Of a stretch of DNA of 64,000 bases, positions 44,204 through 54,193 are shown in pieces; position 1 is the first letter of the stretch, and each line of letters begins with the position of its first letter. The DNA lies in IMG/VR virus record IMGVR_UViG_3300028591_000004, positions 32,001 to 96,000 of that record; one strand, written 5' to 3'. The notes beneath the pieces were generated by a model. That model did not search any database and was not told where the DNA came from. It saw nothing but the letters and a program-made list of their open reading frames with translations. The translations under genes and the position numbers were made by a program. Origin of the DNA: a virus (Duplodnaviria; Caudoviricetes).

Positions 44204-47200
44204 TTGCTGGACTATGAACCGTATCATGTCCATACTTGCTACTCCAATTGTTTGACACAGCCTGACTCAACAATGTTCATTAAAGATTATGCAAAAGAAT
44301 TCAAAAAAAGAGGACATAAGGTCTTATGCATATCTGAACACGGAAATCGTTCCAATGTCTGGGAACAGTTTGATATCTGTCAGGCTTTTAAAAACGACAA
44401 GAATGATCCTTACGACATGACACCGCTGGCTGCGGCTGAAGTTTATTTTGTACCGGACAGACTTGCCGAAATTGAAGGGAAAAAAGATAAAAGAAACTTT
44501 CACTTAATATTGGTTGCTAAAGATATGGAAGGCTTCTATCAATTAAACGAAGCTATATCTGAAGCAAATTTGACAGGATTTTATAGTCGAGCCAGAGTGG
44601 ACTTTGATATACTGGGTCGATTGGATTATAAGCATTTCTTATGCACGACAGCTTGTGTTGCCGGAATATGTTCAGACCCTGATTATGAACGACTGGCCTG
44701 TCAGTTGCATGAAATATTCAAAGAAAACTTCTATCTCGAAATTCAGGATCATCCTCAAAAGATTCAGGTAGAAACAAATATGAAGATTCTGAGGCTGTAC
44801 GGTAAATACCGATGGCCTTTAATCTTTGGAACGGACAGTCATTACATCAATAAAGAAGATAAAGAATTAAGAAAAGAACTTCTGTTATCGGCTAAAATAA
44901 ATTATGGCGATGAAGACGAATTTATTCTGGACCTTCCAACGGCTGATGAAGCATTCAGGAGATTGCAGGATCAAGGCGTTTTTGTAAGAGCACGTATAGA
45001 AGAAGCAATGGAAAACACTCTCATCTTGAGAGAGTTTGAAGGTGTCCATTTCACAAACGAAAAAAAGATTCCGAATTCATATTCTAATTTACCGTTAGAT
45101 CGAAGAAATTATCTATACAAAAAAACGGTATGCGATGAATACATAAAGAAAGATGGAATGCCAAACAAGGAAGAAGCGGCTGAGCTTCACGCCGAAATGG
45201 ACACGATTACAAGCACTGGAACAGCTGATTATTTCCTTATCATGAAACAGATTGTGGATAAGGGAATTGAATATGGAGGAGTTTTAACAAAAACAGGCAG
45301 AGGATCTGGCGCATCATTTGCTACAAATTACGCACTTGGATTCAGCTCGATTAATCGTCTTCATTGTCCGGTAAAGATGCTTCCAGAAAGATTTATTTCT
45401 GCCGATCGGTTAGCGAACGGATTGCCTGATCTGGATTTAAACATGGCAAACGTACCGGCCTTTGAAAAAGCTGCCAAGGAAATACTCGGCGAGTATGGAT
45501 GCCTTCCAATGATTGCATTTGGCACAGTGAAAACTTTATCTGCCTTTAAATTACTGACAAGAGCAAGAGATATTGATTTTGAAATTTCAAATACAGTCTC
45601 AAAGCAAATTCAAAACTATGAATTAGACGTTAAACATGCAATTGAAAATAATTCAGATGATCCAGATTATGATGTAGATGACGATATTCAAATCGAATCT
45701 TATGTAGAAGAGCAATATCTCGGACTTGTTGAAGATTCAAAACAATATAAAGGTATTGTAACTAGTATTTCTCCTCATCCATGTGCGCATATACTTCTTG
45801 ATAGAGATCTTAGAAGGGAAATTGGAGTAATACAGGTAAAATCGAAAAGCGGTAATAAACCAGCTGTATACGCAGCTTATATCGACGGTCGTACAGCAGA
45901 TGCCTATAATTACCTTAAAGCTGATTTCTTAAGGGTAGATGTAGTCAAAATCATTGCAGAAACATACAAATTGGCAGGACTACCTGTTATGACTGTAGAC
46001 GAATTACTTGCTGCTATTAAAAACGATCAGCAAGTATGGGATCTGTATGCAAATGGATTTACACAAGGACTGAATCAGTGTGAAAGAGAAGCATCTACAA
46101 AAAAATGCATGCAATATAAGCCAAAGAACGTTGAAGAACTAACAGCTTTTATTGCCGGAATCAGACCTGGTTTCAAATCCATGATCAATATTTTTCTGGC
46201 TAGAGATCACTTTGAGTATGGGATCCCTTCGCTGGATAATCTTTTGAAAACAAAAGCTATTCCGGATTCTTTTCTGGAATTTGACGAACAGATATTACAG
46301 ATTTTGAAGGCGGCTGGAATTCCTGGACCAGAAGCATACGCGACAACAAAGGCCATAAAGAAAAAAAAAGTAGAAAAAGTTGCGGCCGAAAAGGAGAAAT
46401 TTAAAGCAGGATTTACTACATTGTTAATGGAAACCGAGGGCGCTTCGGAAAAGAAGGCGCACGAGGTCGTAGAACAGATATGGACAATTATCGAAAATGC
46501 AGCAAATTATATGTTTTGTGCTGCGCATGCATTTTCTATGGCCTGCGACAGTCTTTACTGCGCATGGCTGAAAGTCCATTATCCATATGAACTCTATGTG
46601 ACTATGTTAAAACTTTATGATGAGAAGAAAAATACGGATAAAATTTCTGCTATAATCTCTGAAATGAAACGTTATAAGGACATAAAACTTTTAGCCGGGA
46701 AATGGAGACAGGACAACAGAGACTGGACTGTAGATAAAGAAAATCAAACAATCAGTCAGAGCCTGTCTTCAATAAGATTTATGTCCAAGGTCGCAGCCGA
46801 GGATTTATACAACCTTGGAAATCAAAAAGAAGCCGAAATGGGTATCGAGTATGTTTCGGCTACACTGAACAAAGAAGGAAAAGCGCAGAAAAAAGCTTTA
46901 ACTTCACTCTTAAAACAACCTATTAGCAACGATAAGCTTGACGATATAAGAAAGCAGTTGGATGAGCTGATAACAAAGCCTGAATATCTTGAAAGAGAAG
47001 CTGCTGAAATACATCATAAAGCAGAGCTTAATTGTTTCACGAATGTTTTAAGAGCTCTTCAAATGCAGACGTGTCTGGATACTCGCCAGATAAAGATTCT
47101 GATAGAGCTTGGTTACTTCGAAGAATTTGGCGGAAGCGGAAAACTTATGAAAGTTTACAACGAATTCTTTGAAGGTAAAAACAAGCTTACAAAATCCATC

Positions 47201-47599
47201 AAATCTTTTAATGAACGGCTGGACAGTATCCGAAATTTTGAAAGTTCTATTTCCGATGAAGAACTTTCAATACAGGAAAAATTAACATCCGAACAAGAAA
47301 ACATCGGACTATGTTTGTCAATCGATCCTGAAGCAAATCCAAGTACTTATTTTGTCAGGGCCGTTGACGAAAAATGGGGAACTACTGTAACCCTATATTC
47401 AATTAGCAATGGGAGAAGTGGAAACGTTCGCTTCAGAAAGGACGACATCCGCAAGAAACCTGTTGTTCCGAATCAAATCATCAAAATACTTGAAGGAAAC
47501 AGGTCGCCTCGGTATACTTATAAAGGAGGCCAGAGGGCGATTATTCCCGGAGAGAAAGAATATTGGGTTAAACAGTATTCAATTGTTAAACTGAATTAA
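44204..47599 (+). CDS. dnaE: DNA polymerase III alpha-like (family C)
   Basis: PHP HVHT, SEHG, TDSHY; GRGSG; PDLD; KADFL; FCAAHA. Confidence 0.93.
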   Translation: MLDYEPYHVHTCYSNCLTQPDSTMFIKDYAKEFKKRGHKVLCISEHGNRSNVWEQFDICQAFKNDKNDPYDMTPLAAAEVYFVPDRLAEIEGKKDKRNFHLILVAKDMEGFYQLNEAISEANLTGFYSRARVDFDILGRLDYKHFLCTTACVAGICSDPDYERLACQLHEIFKENFYLEIQDHPQKIQVETNMKILRLYGKYRWPLIFGTDSHYINKEDKELRKELLLSAKINYGDEDEFILDLPTADEAFRRLQDQGVFVRARIEEAMENTLILREFEGVHFTNEKKIPNSYSNLPLDRRNYLYKKTVCDEYIKKDGMPNKEEAAELHAEMDTITSTGTADYFLIMKQIVDKGIEYGGVLTKTGRGSGASFATNYALGFSSINRLHCPVKMLPERFISADRLANGLPDLDLNMANVPAFEKAAKEILGEYGCLPMIAFGTVKTLSAFKLLTRARDIDFEISNTVSKQIQNYELDVKHAIENNSDDPDYDVDDDIQIESYVEEQYLGLVEDSKQYKGIVTSISPHPCAHILLDRDLRREIGVIQVKSKSGNKPAVYAAYIDGRTADAYNYLKADFLRVDVVKIIAETYKLAGLPVMTVDELLAAIKNDQQVWDLYANGFTQGLNQCEREASTKKCMQYKPKNVEELTAFIAGIRPGFKSMINIFLARDHFEYGIPSLDNLLKTKAIPDSFLEFDEQILQILKAAGIPGPEAYATTKAIKKKKVEKVAAEKEKFKAGFTTLLMETEGASEKKAHEVVEQIWTIIENAANYMFCAAHAFSMACDSLYCAWLKVHYPYELYVTMLKLYDEKKNTDKISAIISEMKRYKDIKLLAGKWRQDNRDWTVDKENQTISQSLSSIRFMSKVAAEDLYNLGNQKEAEMGIEYVSATLNKEGKAQKKALTSLLKQPISNDKLDDIRKQLDELITKPEYLEREAAEIHHKAELNCFTNVLRALQMQTCLDTRQIKILIELGYFEEFGGSGKLMKVYNEFFEGKNKLTKSIKSFNERLDSIRNFESSISDEELSIQEKLTSEQENIGLCLSIDPEANPSTYFVRAVDEKWGTTVTLYSISNGRSGNVRFRKDDIRKKPVVPNQIIKILEGNRSPRYTYKGGQRAIIPGEKEYWVKQYSIVKLN

Positions 47600-47631
47600 A
47601 CTACTCCCAATAGAAACTATAGGAGAAAGCG

Positions 47632-47970
47632 ATGAAATATATATTTAGCATGCCAGGGTTCTTTGAAGGCGTGACAAATCATTATGACGAAAGCGGCCGT
47701 CTTGTAGGCTATACACAGGATGGAGTTTTCGATGGAGTCGAAGAACACTTTGATACAGCAGGACATGAAGTAGGTTTTTCTACAGATGGAACACTCGCAG
47801 ATAAAGTTCATTTTGACTCTACTGGAAATTATGCAGGATTTTCAATGGACGGTTTACTTGACTTTGATGAACATTTCAACAGTTCAGGAGGCTATGAAGG
47901 CTTTTCTGGGGAAGGTCTTGCAGCAGACACTAGCAGTTTCTTTATGGATGACGGATTCATTGACTTTTAA
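47632..47970 (+). CDS. Acidic Gly-rich protein of four ~21-aa repeats
   Basis: H(Y/F)D..G...G(Y/F)S.DG repeated; SD AGGAG. Confidence 0.65.
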   Translation: MKYIFSMPGFFEGVTNHYDESGRLVGYTQDGVFDGVEEHFDTAGHEVGFSTDGTLADKVHFDSTGNYAGFSMDGLLDFDEHFNSSGGYEGFSGEGLAADTSSFFMDDGFIDF

Positions 47971-48038
47971 CACGAAAAAATAATAGGGAGTAGAAAGCCG
48001 ACAAGGCTTTATATCCTATTATTTGGAGTGTGATTCTC

Positions 48039-48434
48039 ATGGCTTATACATTACCCGTGAATTTTGTGAAAGTAAGTGTTGGACGCAGTGACAACAAACA
48101 GTCGGATGTGGCTGTTTGCATTACAAGAATAGTAGCAATGATGTCCACTGAAATATATCAGGCAAGAAAGACAGTCGCGGCTGAGAAAAAAGCAGGAACT
48201 TTAATCAATGCAGCTGGAATTGAAAAAACAAAAACAGCTATATTTTTAGATAATGGTTCTGTAATTGCATCGCCCCTGTCTGTGAACAGACTTCTTACGC
48301 AGATTCACAAAGCAAATGTTAAAGCAGATGCTTATATTACAAATAAGATAAAGGTTTTCGATGTTCCACACCACGAAGAAGAAACAGAAGATTACGAAGA
48401 TTTATACGACGAAGAAGACGACGACGAATACTAA
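48039..48434 (+). CDS. RemA/DUF370-like protein with acidic tail
   Basis: RIVAMMS..ARKTV...GTLINAAG.EKTKTAIFLDNGSVIASPL matches the DUF370 pattern. Confidence 0.65.
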   Translation: MAYTLPVNFVKVSVGRSDNKQSDVAVCITRIVAMMSTEIYQARKTVAAEKKAGTLINAAGIEKTKTAIFLDNGSVIASPLSVNRLLTQIHKANVKADAYITNKIKVFDVPHHEEETEDYEDLYDEEDDDEY

Positions 48435-48611
48435 GAAGCTTTCTCCAATCCTTCTCGGATGGCAAGCCATCCGACTCATACCTCGAGAGATCCAAAGACG
48501 ACCAACTAATCCCACCAAAACCACTCAATTCACAAATTGGTTGTGTTGGATCTTTCAGATTAAACCCATTTCATTTTATAAGGGGTTAATAAAATAAAAG
48601 GAGTTGATGGA

Positions 48612-48830
48612 ATGGAAAAAGAATTCTACGGCGATGAAACACAGAACGACTTAATGCGAATGATCGGACAAAGCAAAGGAGAAGAATTGAACATGACTGA
48701 TTTTGAAGCCCGAATTAAGGAACTGGATGCAGAGATCGAATCTTATCGTAGTGCTGCACAGGACGCTGAAGCCGCTCTTGATTCCGCCGAGAAAGAACTG
48801 AATGAAGTTCTTGACGAACTTCCTTACTGA
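48612..48830 (+). CDS. Small acidic coiled-coil protein
   Basis: SD AAAGGAG. Confidence 0.55.
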   Translation: MEKEFYGDETQNDLMRMIGQSKGEELNMTDFEARIKELDAEIESYRSAAQDAEAALDSAEKELNEVLDELPY

Positions 48831-48891
48831 TCGGTAGCCCTGAGCGGTCGAGCTGAAAAGCTCGGCCGCTCTTTTTTAATTAAGTAAAGGA

Positions 48892-49122
48892 GTGAGTGCT
48901 TTGAGTGCGACATTAGACTTGTCTGGTTCTTTACACGGTTGGGTATGTTCAAACTGTCATCAATTATATGATGCTTTATGGAGACCGATAGAAAAGGAAA
49001 AAGCGTGGATTCCATCTCCGGTGTTCAACTGGGTTGCTGACAAACCGACATTCCATTTCTGTTGTCATTGTGGTGCGGATTTCACTGGGGGACTTGATAA
49101 TGGAAAGACTTGTCCGGAATGA
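48892..49122 (+). CDS. Zn-ribbon protein
   Basis: CSNC...FCCHCGA. Confidence 0.55.
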   Translation: MSALSATLDLSGSLHGWVCSNCHQLYDALWRPIEKEKAWIPSPVFNWVADKPTFHFCCHCGADFTGGLDNGKTCPE

Positions 49123-49555
49123 AATGAATACACTGAAGAGATTCGCTGCTGCGTTCAGTGAATTTCTGTTTGCAAAAGACGAATTAACTAACCGTTTAAA
49201 GACAATTCAGGACGGAGAACAGAGACTGGATGAAATCATAGAAAAGACAGATTCCCTGTTCGCAGAAATATTGGAAACTGCTCCGGAGAATCAAATAAAA
49301 CAATTAAAGAATACATTATCTGATTATCGTTTTGAGCTTATACCTAAACTTCATCCGGGATCTACAAACATAATAATGACTAAAGATCAGGCAAAAGAGT
49401 TAGTGAATTTAGCTCAGGAAAAATGTAAGACTTGCATAGAGTATGCAAACGACGCTCAAAACTGTTCGATATACAAATTACTGGAAAAGACAGCCTTGCC
49501 TGATCATTATGATACGATAATTTGTCCATATTCATTAGCCGAATGGGCAGATTAA
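49100..49555 (+). CDS. Hypothetical protein
   Basis: Start re-set to MERLVR; C-terminal Cys cluster. Confidence 0.6.
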   Translation: MERLVRNEMNTLKRFAAAFSEFLFAKDELTNRLKTIQDGEQRLDEIIEKTDSLFAEILETAPENQIKQLKNTLSDYRFELIPKLHPGSTNIIMTKDQAKELVNLAQEKCKTCIEYANDAQNCSIYKLLEKTALPDHYDTIICPYSLAEWAD

Positions 49556-49564
49556 GGAGGCCGT

Positions 49565-50056
49565 ATGAAAATTCTCGCAATAGATCCAGGAGATGTATAT
49601 AGCGCATATTGTGTTATGGACAGCGAATACAATATAACTGAATTTAAAAAAGACGAAAACAAAGCCATCATGAAAAAGATGATTGATTGGCTAGATTATA
49701 TAGATGCTGTAATTATTGAACGAATTGCAAACATGGGAATGCCTGCGGGTCAAACACTATTCCAAACAGCAGAATGGATAGGCCGGTTCTCTCAGGAGGC
49801 TGAAAAAAAAGTTCCTGTGTTTTATATTTTCAGAAGAGACGAGAAACTATATATATGCGGTAGTCCAAGAGCAAAAGACACAAACATTCGCGCTTCTTTA
49901 ATCGAACGTTTTGCGAAGTTCGATAAAATAAACGGAAAAGGAACAAAGAAAAATCCGGATGTGTTCTATGGTGTTACGAAAGATTGTTGGGCGGCTATTG
50001 CTGTTGCGGTAACATATTTGGACATGGAAAAAGAAAAGGAGGACGATTATGCTTAA
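49565..50056 (+). CDS. RuvC-like Holliday junction resolvase
   Basis: ILAIDPG, VIIE, D.WAAIAVA. Confidence 0.75.
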   Translation: MKILAIDPGDVYSAYCVMDSEYNITEFKKDENKAIMKKMIDWLDYIDAVIIERIANMGMPAGQTLFQTAEWIGRFSQEAEKKVPVFYIFRRDEKLYICGSPRAKDTNIRASLIERFAKFDKINGKGTKKNPDVFYGVTKDCWAAIAVAVTYLDMEKEKEDDYA

Positions 50057-50182
50057 AGGATTTATAGACTGGCTGTTGACATCAGAGCCTGTCAGCCGCT
50101 GGATTTTGATTTTAATGTTGCTTGGGATAGTTGCTGGAATTGCTTTTGCAATAAAGAATCTTGCAAAACCAGGAGAATCCTC

Positions 50183-50500
50183 ATGGCAATAAAAAATACT
50201 TACATATATAAAGTTTCCATGGGAAACGGAGAAGACATCAAAGAAGTTGTCTTCTGTTATGCTCGAAATGCTGAAGCAGCAAGAGACGGATATAAAACAG
50301 TTTTTAAAGAAAAAAAGTACGATAAGTTTCACGTTGTAATGTTCGGTGAAGCTGATATCAGGGTGCATCCTGAAAGGTTTATGCCGATGCCGAAAGATGA
50401 AGTCGATTATGTGATTAAACGGAAACTTGCTGAAGCAGACGCTTATGCTCAGCGAAAAACACAGTCAATCGAATTTATCCCGGAGAGTGAAAACAAATGA
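50183..50500 (+). CDS. Hypothetical protein
   Basis: SD AGGAG. Confidence 0.6.
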   Translation: MAIKNTYIYKVSMGNGEDIKEVVFCYARNAEAARDGYKTVFKEKKYDKFHVVMFGEADIRVHPERFMPMPKDEVDYVIKRKLAEADAYAQRKTQSIEFIPESENK

Positions 50501-50865
50501 ATGTAGTTTTTTTCGAGGTCGACAACGTTTTAAATTTTGACAAATCGGAAGCAAAAGCGCCAAGCGGGAGAGTCGGAATTGCCGAGTCTCGCGTCAAGGC
50601 TTTAAAAAAAAGGACAGATAAAGACGGGTCCAAACTTGTTTTAATCGGAGGCTGGAAAAAGGATTGGAGTTTCGACGATTCGAAATGCACTTCAGACGGA
50701 ATATATCTGAATAAAAAATTGGACCGCAGAGGACTTCATATTCTGGACAAAACTAAAGATATGGAATCTGTTCAGGATGAAGTAGAAGACTGGCTAAAAC
50801 GGCATCCAAACGTAGAAGCATATGAAATTATAACGAATGGAGATGTTTTAGAAAATGCAGTCTGA
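50497..50865 (+). CDS. HAD-like (RNA-repair-associated type) protein, degenerate motif I
   Basis: VVFFEVDNVLN versus canonical FLDIDGVLN. Confidence 0.55.
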   Translation: MNVVFFEVDNVLNFDKSEAKAPSGRVGIAESRVKALKKRTDKDGSKLVLIGGWKKDWSFDDSKCTSDGIYLNKKLDRRGLHILDKTKDMESVQDEVEDWLKRHPNVEAYEIITNGDVLENAV

Positions 50866-51148
50866 ATTAATAGAAATAATGAATGAAAGTATAGATAATG
50901 CACATTGTTTATTACAGAAAACAAAGTGCAGAGAAGCTTTAATTAATTATGAATTAGTGAAGTCTTTATGTGAAATCATAAAACAGCAGGATTCTTCATT
51001 CGATCGATTAACAGATGTGTGTATACAAGCCGCTGATTCTATTATCGAAAATAAAAGATTTGTTGACATTATAAAGACATACGTCAGCGAAGATGCGTGG
51101 CGCTTATTTAATCATGAATTTAAGAGAAAGAGGTGTGCTTGTTCATGA
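50855..51148 (+). CDS. Hypothetical protein
   Basis: Overlapping operon ORF. Confidence 0.5.
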   Translation: MQSELIEIMNESIDNAHCLLQKTKCREALINYELVKSLCEIIKQQDSSFDRLTDVCIQAADSIIENKRFVDIIKTYVSEDAWRLFNHEFKRKRCACS

Positions 51149-51372
51149 CGCCAAAGGAATTGATCAATAAACTGACAACGTATCAAGGGCCTTGTATGCG
51201 GTTATGTTCATATTGTCCTGAAGACTTTAATACTGCTGAAGTAAAAAAATGCGTAGAAAAAATGATTGAAACAATCTATAAACTTCAGGCTGATAAAGAT
51301 CTGTTAATGGAGCAATTAGTAAAAATCAGAGAAGCATACAAAGAGCAAACGGGCAAAGACTATCTGTTTTAA
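51133..51372 (+). CDS. Hypothetical protein
   Basis: Overlapping operon ORF. Confidence 0.5.
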   Translation: MCLFMTPKELINKLTTYQGPCMRLCSYCPEDFNTAEVKKCVEKMIETIYKLQADKDLLMEQLVKIREAYKEQTGKDYLF

Positions 51373-51381
51373 GGAGGAGCT

Positions 51382-52119
51382 ATGGCAGAAAGAAAAAAAT
51401 TAAATGTGGTTCTGATTCGGCATACACTTTCTCCGGAAGAAACAATTGCGCTTGGAGCAAAGTTATGCTATTCAAAATCTGAAATAAAAGATCTTAAAAA
51501 CAAAATTTCAGAGAATGATCAAGACATGTTCATTAAGAAGCTGATGTCTACAAGGCATGAATCAGTTCTTGAACATGCTTCATTTACGTTTGGAATAGAG
51601 GGAGTCAGCCGATCTCTGTTGGCTCAAATTACAAGACATCGTCTTGCAAGCTTTTCCGTTCAAAGCCAAAGATACGTTTCCTATGAAAACGGATTCGGTT
51701 ATATTATTCCGCCCAAGATTGAGGCATTAGGACAAGAAGCCGTTAAGCAATATGCCGATCAGATGAACACAATCGAAACCTGGTATAAAGACTGGCAAGA
51801 CAAATTAGGTCATGGTGAAACGTCGAATGAAGATGCTCGTTTTGTTTTGCCTAATGCCTGTGAAACAAGAATGATTGTTACCATGAATGTTCGGGAATTA
51901 AGGCATTTCTTCTCTTTAAGAATGTGCAACAGAGCGCAGTGGGAAATCCGCCAGTTAAGTGAGCAGATGTTCATGGAATGTCTGAATGTTGCTCCTATAT
52001 TATTTGAAACGGCAGGTCCTCCTTGCCTGAGAGCAGGATGCGAAGAAGGAGCAAAGAGCTGTGGCAAGGCAAATGAAATTCGAAAGAAACGGCAAGAGCT
52101 TCTAAATGAAATGCGATAG
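51382..52119 (+). CDS. thyX: FAD-dependent thymidylate synthase
   Basis: HESVLEH, RHRLASFSVQSQRY, EDARFVLP, RAQWEIR. Confidence 0.97.
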   Translation: MAERKKLNVVLIRHTLSPEETIALGAKLCYSKSEIKDLKNKISENDQDMFIKKLMSTRHESVLEHASFTFGIEGVSRSLLAQITRHRLASFSVQSQRYVSYENGFGYIIPPKIEALGQEAVKQYADQMNTIETWYKDWQDKLGHGETSNEDARFVLPNACETRMIVTMNVRELRHFFSLRMCNRAQWEIRQLSEQMFMECLNVAPILFETAGPPCLRAGCEEGAKSCGKANEIRKKRQELLNEMR

Positions 52120-52309
52120 ATGCGGGCTGGAGCAATTAAGTGTGAAAGACAGTCGCCCATATGACTGGGGAATTAAAAGAAAACGTGTCTGTTTGAATTG
52201 CGGTCATTGTATGCCAACAATCGAAATAAATAAAATAACAGATGAAGCTGTTAAATCCTTAGACAGAAGTAAGAAGATAGCGGAAAGAAAGGAAACTAAA
52301 AAGAAATGA
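52106..52309 (+). CDS. NrdR-like N-terminal Zn-ribbon protein
   Basis: CDRCG....VKDSR....IKRKRVCLNCG. Confidence 0.7.
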   Translation: MKCDRCGLEQLSVKDSRPYDWGIKRKRVCLNCGHCMPTIEINKITDEAVKSLDRSKKIAERKETKKK

Positions 52310-53010
52310 GAACTAGTGATATAGCTTATGTAAAGAATTCTCCGATGGTATTACAGCCGTCCGTTGATCTTCAGGATATGGATTTGGAAGAAATAAAAAA
52401 TAAGTACCTGAAAACATGCCTGAAATCCGGAGGAGACCCATCGAAGTGTTCAAAGTGCAGTCACCCGTGCGTGTACGGAAAACGGGCTATGCAATTAATT
52501 GCAAATCAGATTTACAATGATCCTCCCATTCCTCTTTATGGAGGGAAAACATTGATCGAAAGAGCCAGAGAAGAGAACATGAAAAGACGCCAGGCTGAAG
52601 AAGAGAAGAAGCAGGAAGAACAGCAAAAACAAGAAGTAAAAAAGAGAGAAAAGAAACGGGTAGAAAACTGGTGGGAAGACTCACTTGCGTCTGGCAATCA
52701 AATTGAGTGGCTGTGTTCTCATTTAAACATGTCTAAAACTCAGGCTAAGAAAAAAGTATATAATTATAAATATCTTCATGGATTACTTCAGCCTAAAACT
52801 CCAGAACCAGAGAAAACTGTTGTGGAAACAAAACAGCCGAATGAATCAGAAGAATCCAGAATGATTGAACAACTGGAAAACAAGATTAATAAGCTAATGA
52901 AACAACAGGATGAATTCAAATCTTTAGCTGAACATTATCAGAAATTATATCAGGAAACAAAAACTAAAACCGATGCTTTGTTTGAAGCTCTAAATATTCT
53001 GAATGAATAA
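52306..53010 (+). CDS. Hypothetical coiled-coil protein
   Basis: ATGA-coupled; Cys cluster. Confidence 0.65.
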   Translation: MRTSDIAYVKNSPMVLQPSVDLQDMDLEEIKNKYLKTCLKSGGDPSKCSKCSHPCVYGKRAMQLIANQIYNDPPIPLYGGKTLIERAREENMKRRQAEEEKKQEEQQKQEVKKREKKRVENWWEDSLASGNQIEWLCSHLNMSKTQAKKKVYNYKYLHGLLQPKTPEPEKTVVETKQPNESEESRMIEQLENKINKLMKQQDEFKSLAEHYQKLYQETKTKTDALFEALNILNE

Positions 53011-53067
53011 CATTAAAGGGAGCCGCCTTGTAAAAGGAGGCGGCTCCCGGTTGAATAAGGAGAAGAT

Positions 53068-53292
53068 ATGGACTTTTTATCGATTAATGAAAACACGTAC
53101 GGTAAAATGATAATCAATATTGATAATATTGTCTCGTTTGCGAAGATAGAACATCCAGACGGTTTGATGACAAGGATTGATACAGTGATCGAAGGCAATC
53201 CTCTTTATGTAAAAGGAGATGTCACGAAAGACTTATCCCATTTGTTTAGAGCCCATGGCTGGTCCTGTACTCCTTTGGGTGAAAATGTTTGA
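53068..53292 (+). CDS. Small hypothetical protein
   Basis: SD AAGGAG. Confidence 0.55.
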   Translation: MDFLSINENTYGKMIINIDNIVSFAKIEHPDGLMTRIDTVIEGNPLYVKGDVTKDLSHLFRAHGWSCTPLGENV

Positions 53293-53299
53293 TTAAATA

Positions 53300-53332
53300 T
53301 TTTCTCTTGTTTCGAAAAACAACATAATGGAG
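53300..53332 (+). promoter_or_regulatory. Class-B motif
   Basis: TTTTCTCTTGTTTCGAAAAACAACATAATGGAG. Confidence 0.65.
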
Positions 53333-53339
53333 TAATTAA

Positions 53340-53954
53340 ATGAAAACAGAATTAAATACAATCGATGAACGTCTCGCTGATTTCTCATCTCTGTGGGAAG
53401 CGCTTGGTGGAGGAGACGACAGTCTTGTAGTTAAAAACGAAAACCTGATGGCTTTTTTAAACAGCGAGGGTTTTTTCACGGCTCCGGCATCTACAAAGTA
53501 CCACGGAAATTATGAAGGCGGATTATACGATCACAGCCGTTTTGTAGCAATGCGCCTTCATTGGCTTACGCTGAACAACGGCTTGAAGTGGAAGAGGCCG
53601 GAAAGTCCATTTATTGTTGGGATGTTCCATGATATTTGCAAGCATGATCAATACGTTATGAGTGAAGGCCCGGAAACTTTTACTTCCGGAGGACAGGAAA
53701 TTGTAATCTCTCCCTTTTCTACTAAATATACTTATAACGAAAACACTCTCTTGAAAGGACATGGATCAAAGTCTGTGATGATTCTGTCTCAGTTCATCAA
53801 TCTGACAGAAGAAGAGATGCTTTGCATCCGTTATCACATGGGAGCATATGAAAAGGAAGAATGGCAGGAGTTCGATCGCGCTATCAGAAAGTATTCGAAT
53901 GTATTATGGACACATCACGCCGATCAATTAGCTAGTAAGGTTGATGGAGTATGA
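53340..53954 (+). CDS. HD-domain phosphohydrolase
   Basis: APASTKYH...GGL.DHS, HDICK, GHG.KS, IRYHMG, HHAD. Confidence 0.88.
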   Translation: MKTELNTIDERLADFSSLWEALGGGDDSLVVKNENLMAFLNSEGFFTAPASTKYHGNYEGGLYDHSRFVAMRLHWLTLNNGLKWKRPESPFIVGMFHDICKHDQYVMSEGPETFTSGGQEIVISPFSTKYTYNENTLLKGHGSKSVMILSQFINLTEEEMLCIRYHMGAYEKEEWQEFDRAIRKYSNVLWTHHADQLASKVDGV

Positions 53955-54181
53955 GCAACGAAATAACCAAAAGCAATATTGATGATTTTCTGATGTTTGT
54001 AAAAGAGAATGATGGAAGAAATTTCAGACAGGGTTCGTTTATGTCTGAATCTGAAAAGGTTTATAAATCCAAAGACGTAGAAAAAGTATTTTCTGATTTT
54101 TATAATCGAATAAAACAGCTTGAAGAAAGAGTATCAAATATTGAAAAAGATCTTGTAAAAATATGGAAACCGCCATGTTAA
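53951..54181 (+). CDS. Small hypothetical protein
   Basis: ATGA-coupled. Confidence 0.5.
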   Translation: MSNEITKSNIDDFLMFVKENDGRNFRQGSFMSESEKVYKSKDVEKVFSDFYNRIKQLEERVSNIEKDLVKIWKPPC

Positions 54182-54193
54182 AGGAGGAAAACC

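Noticed and set aside
47601-47993. 8-bp inverted repeat CTACTCCC/GGGAGTAG around the repeat-protein gene as a mobile cassette
   Set aside because: Too short, no target duplication, and the right copy is part of a local hairpin.
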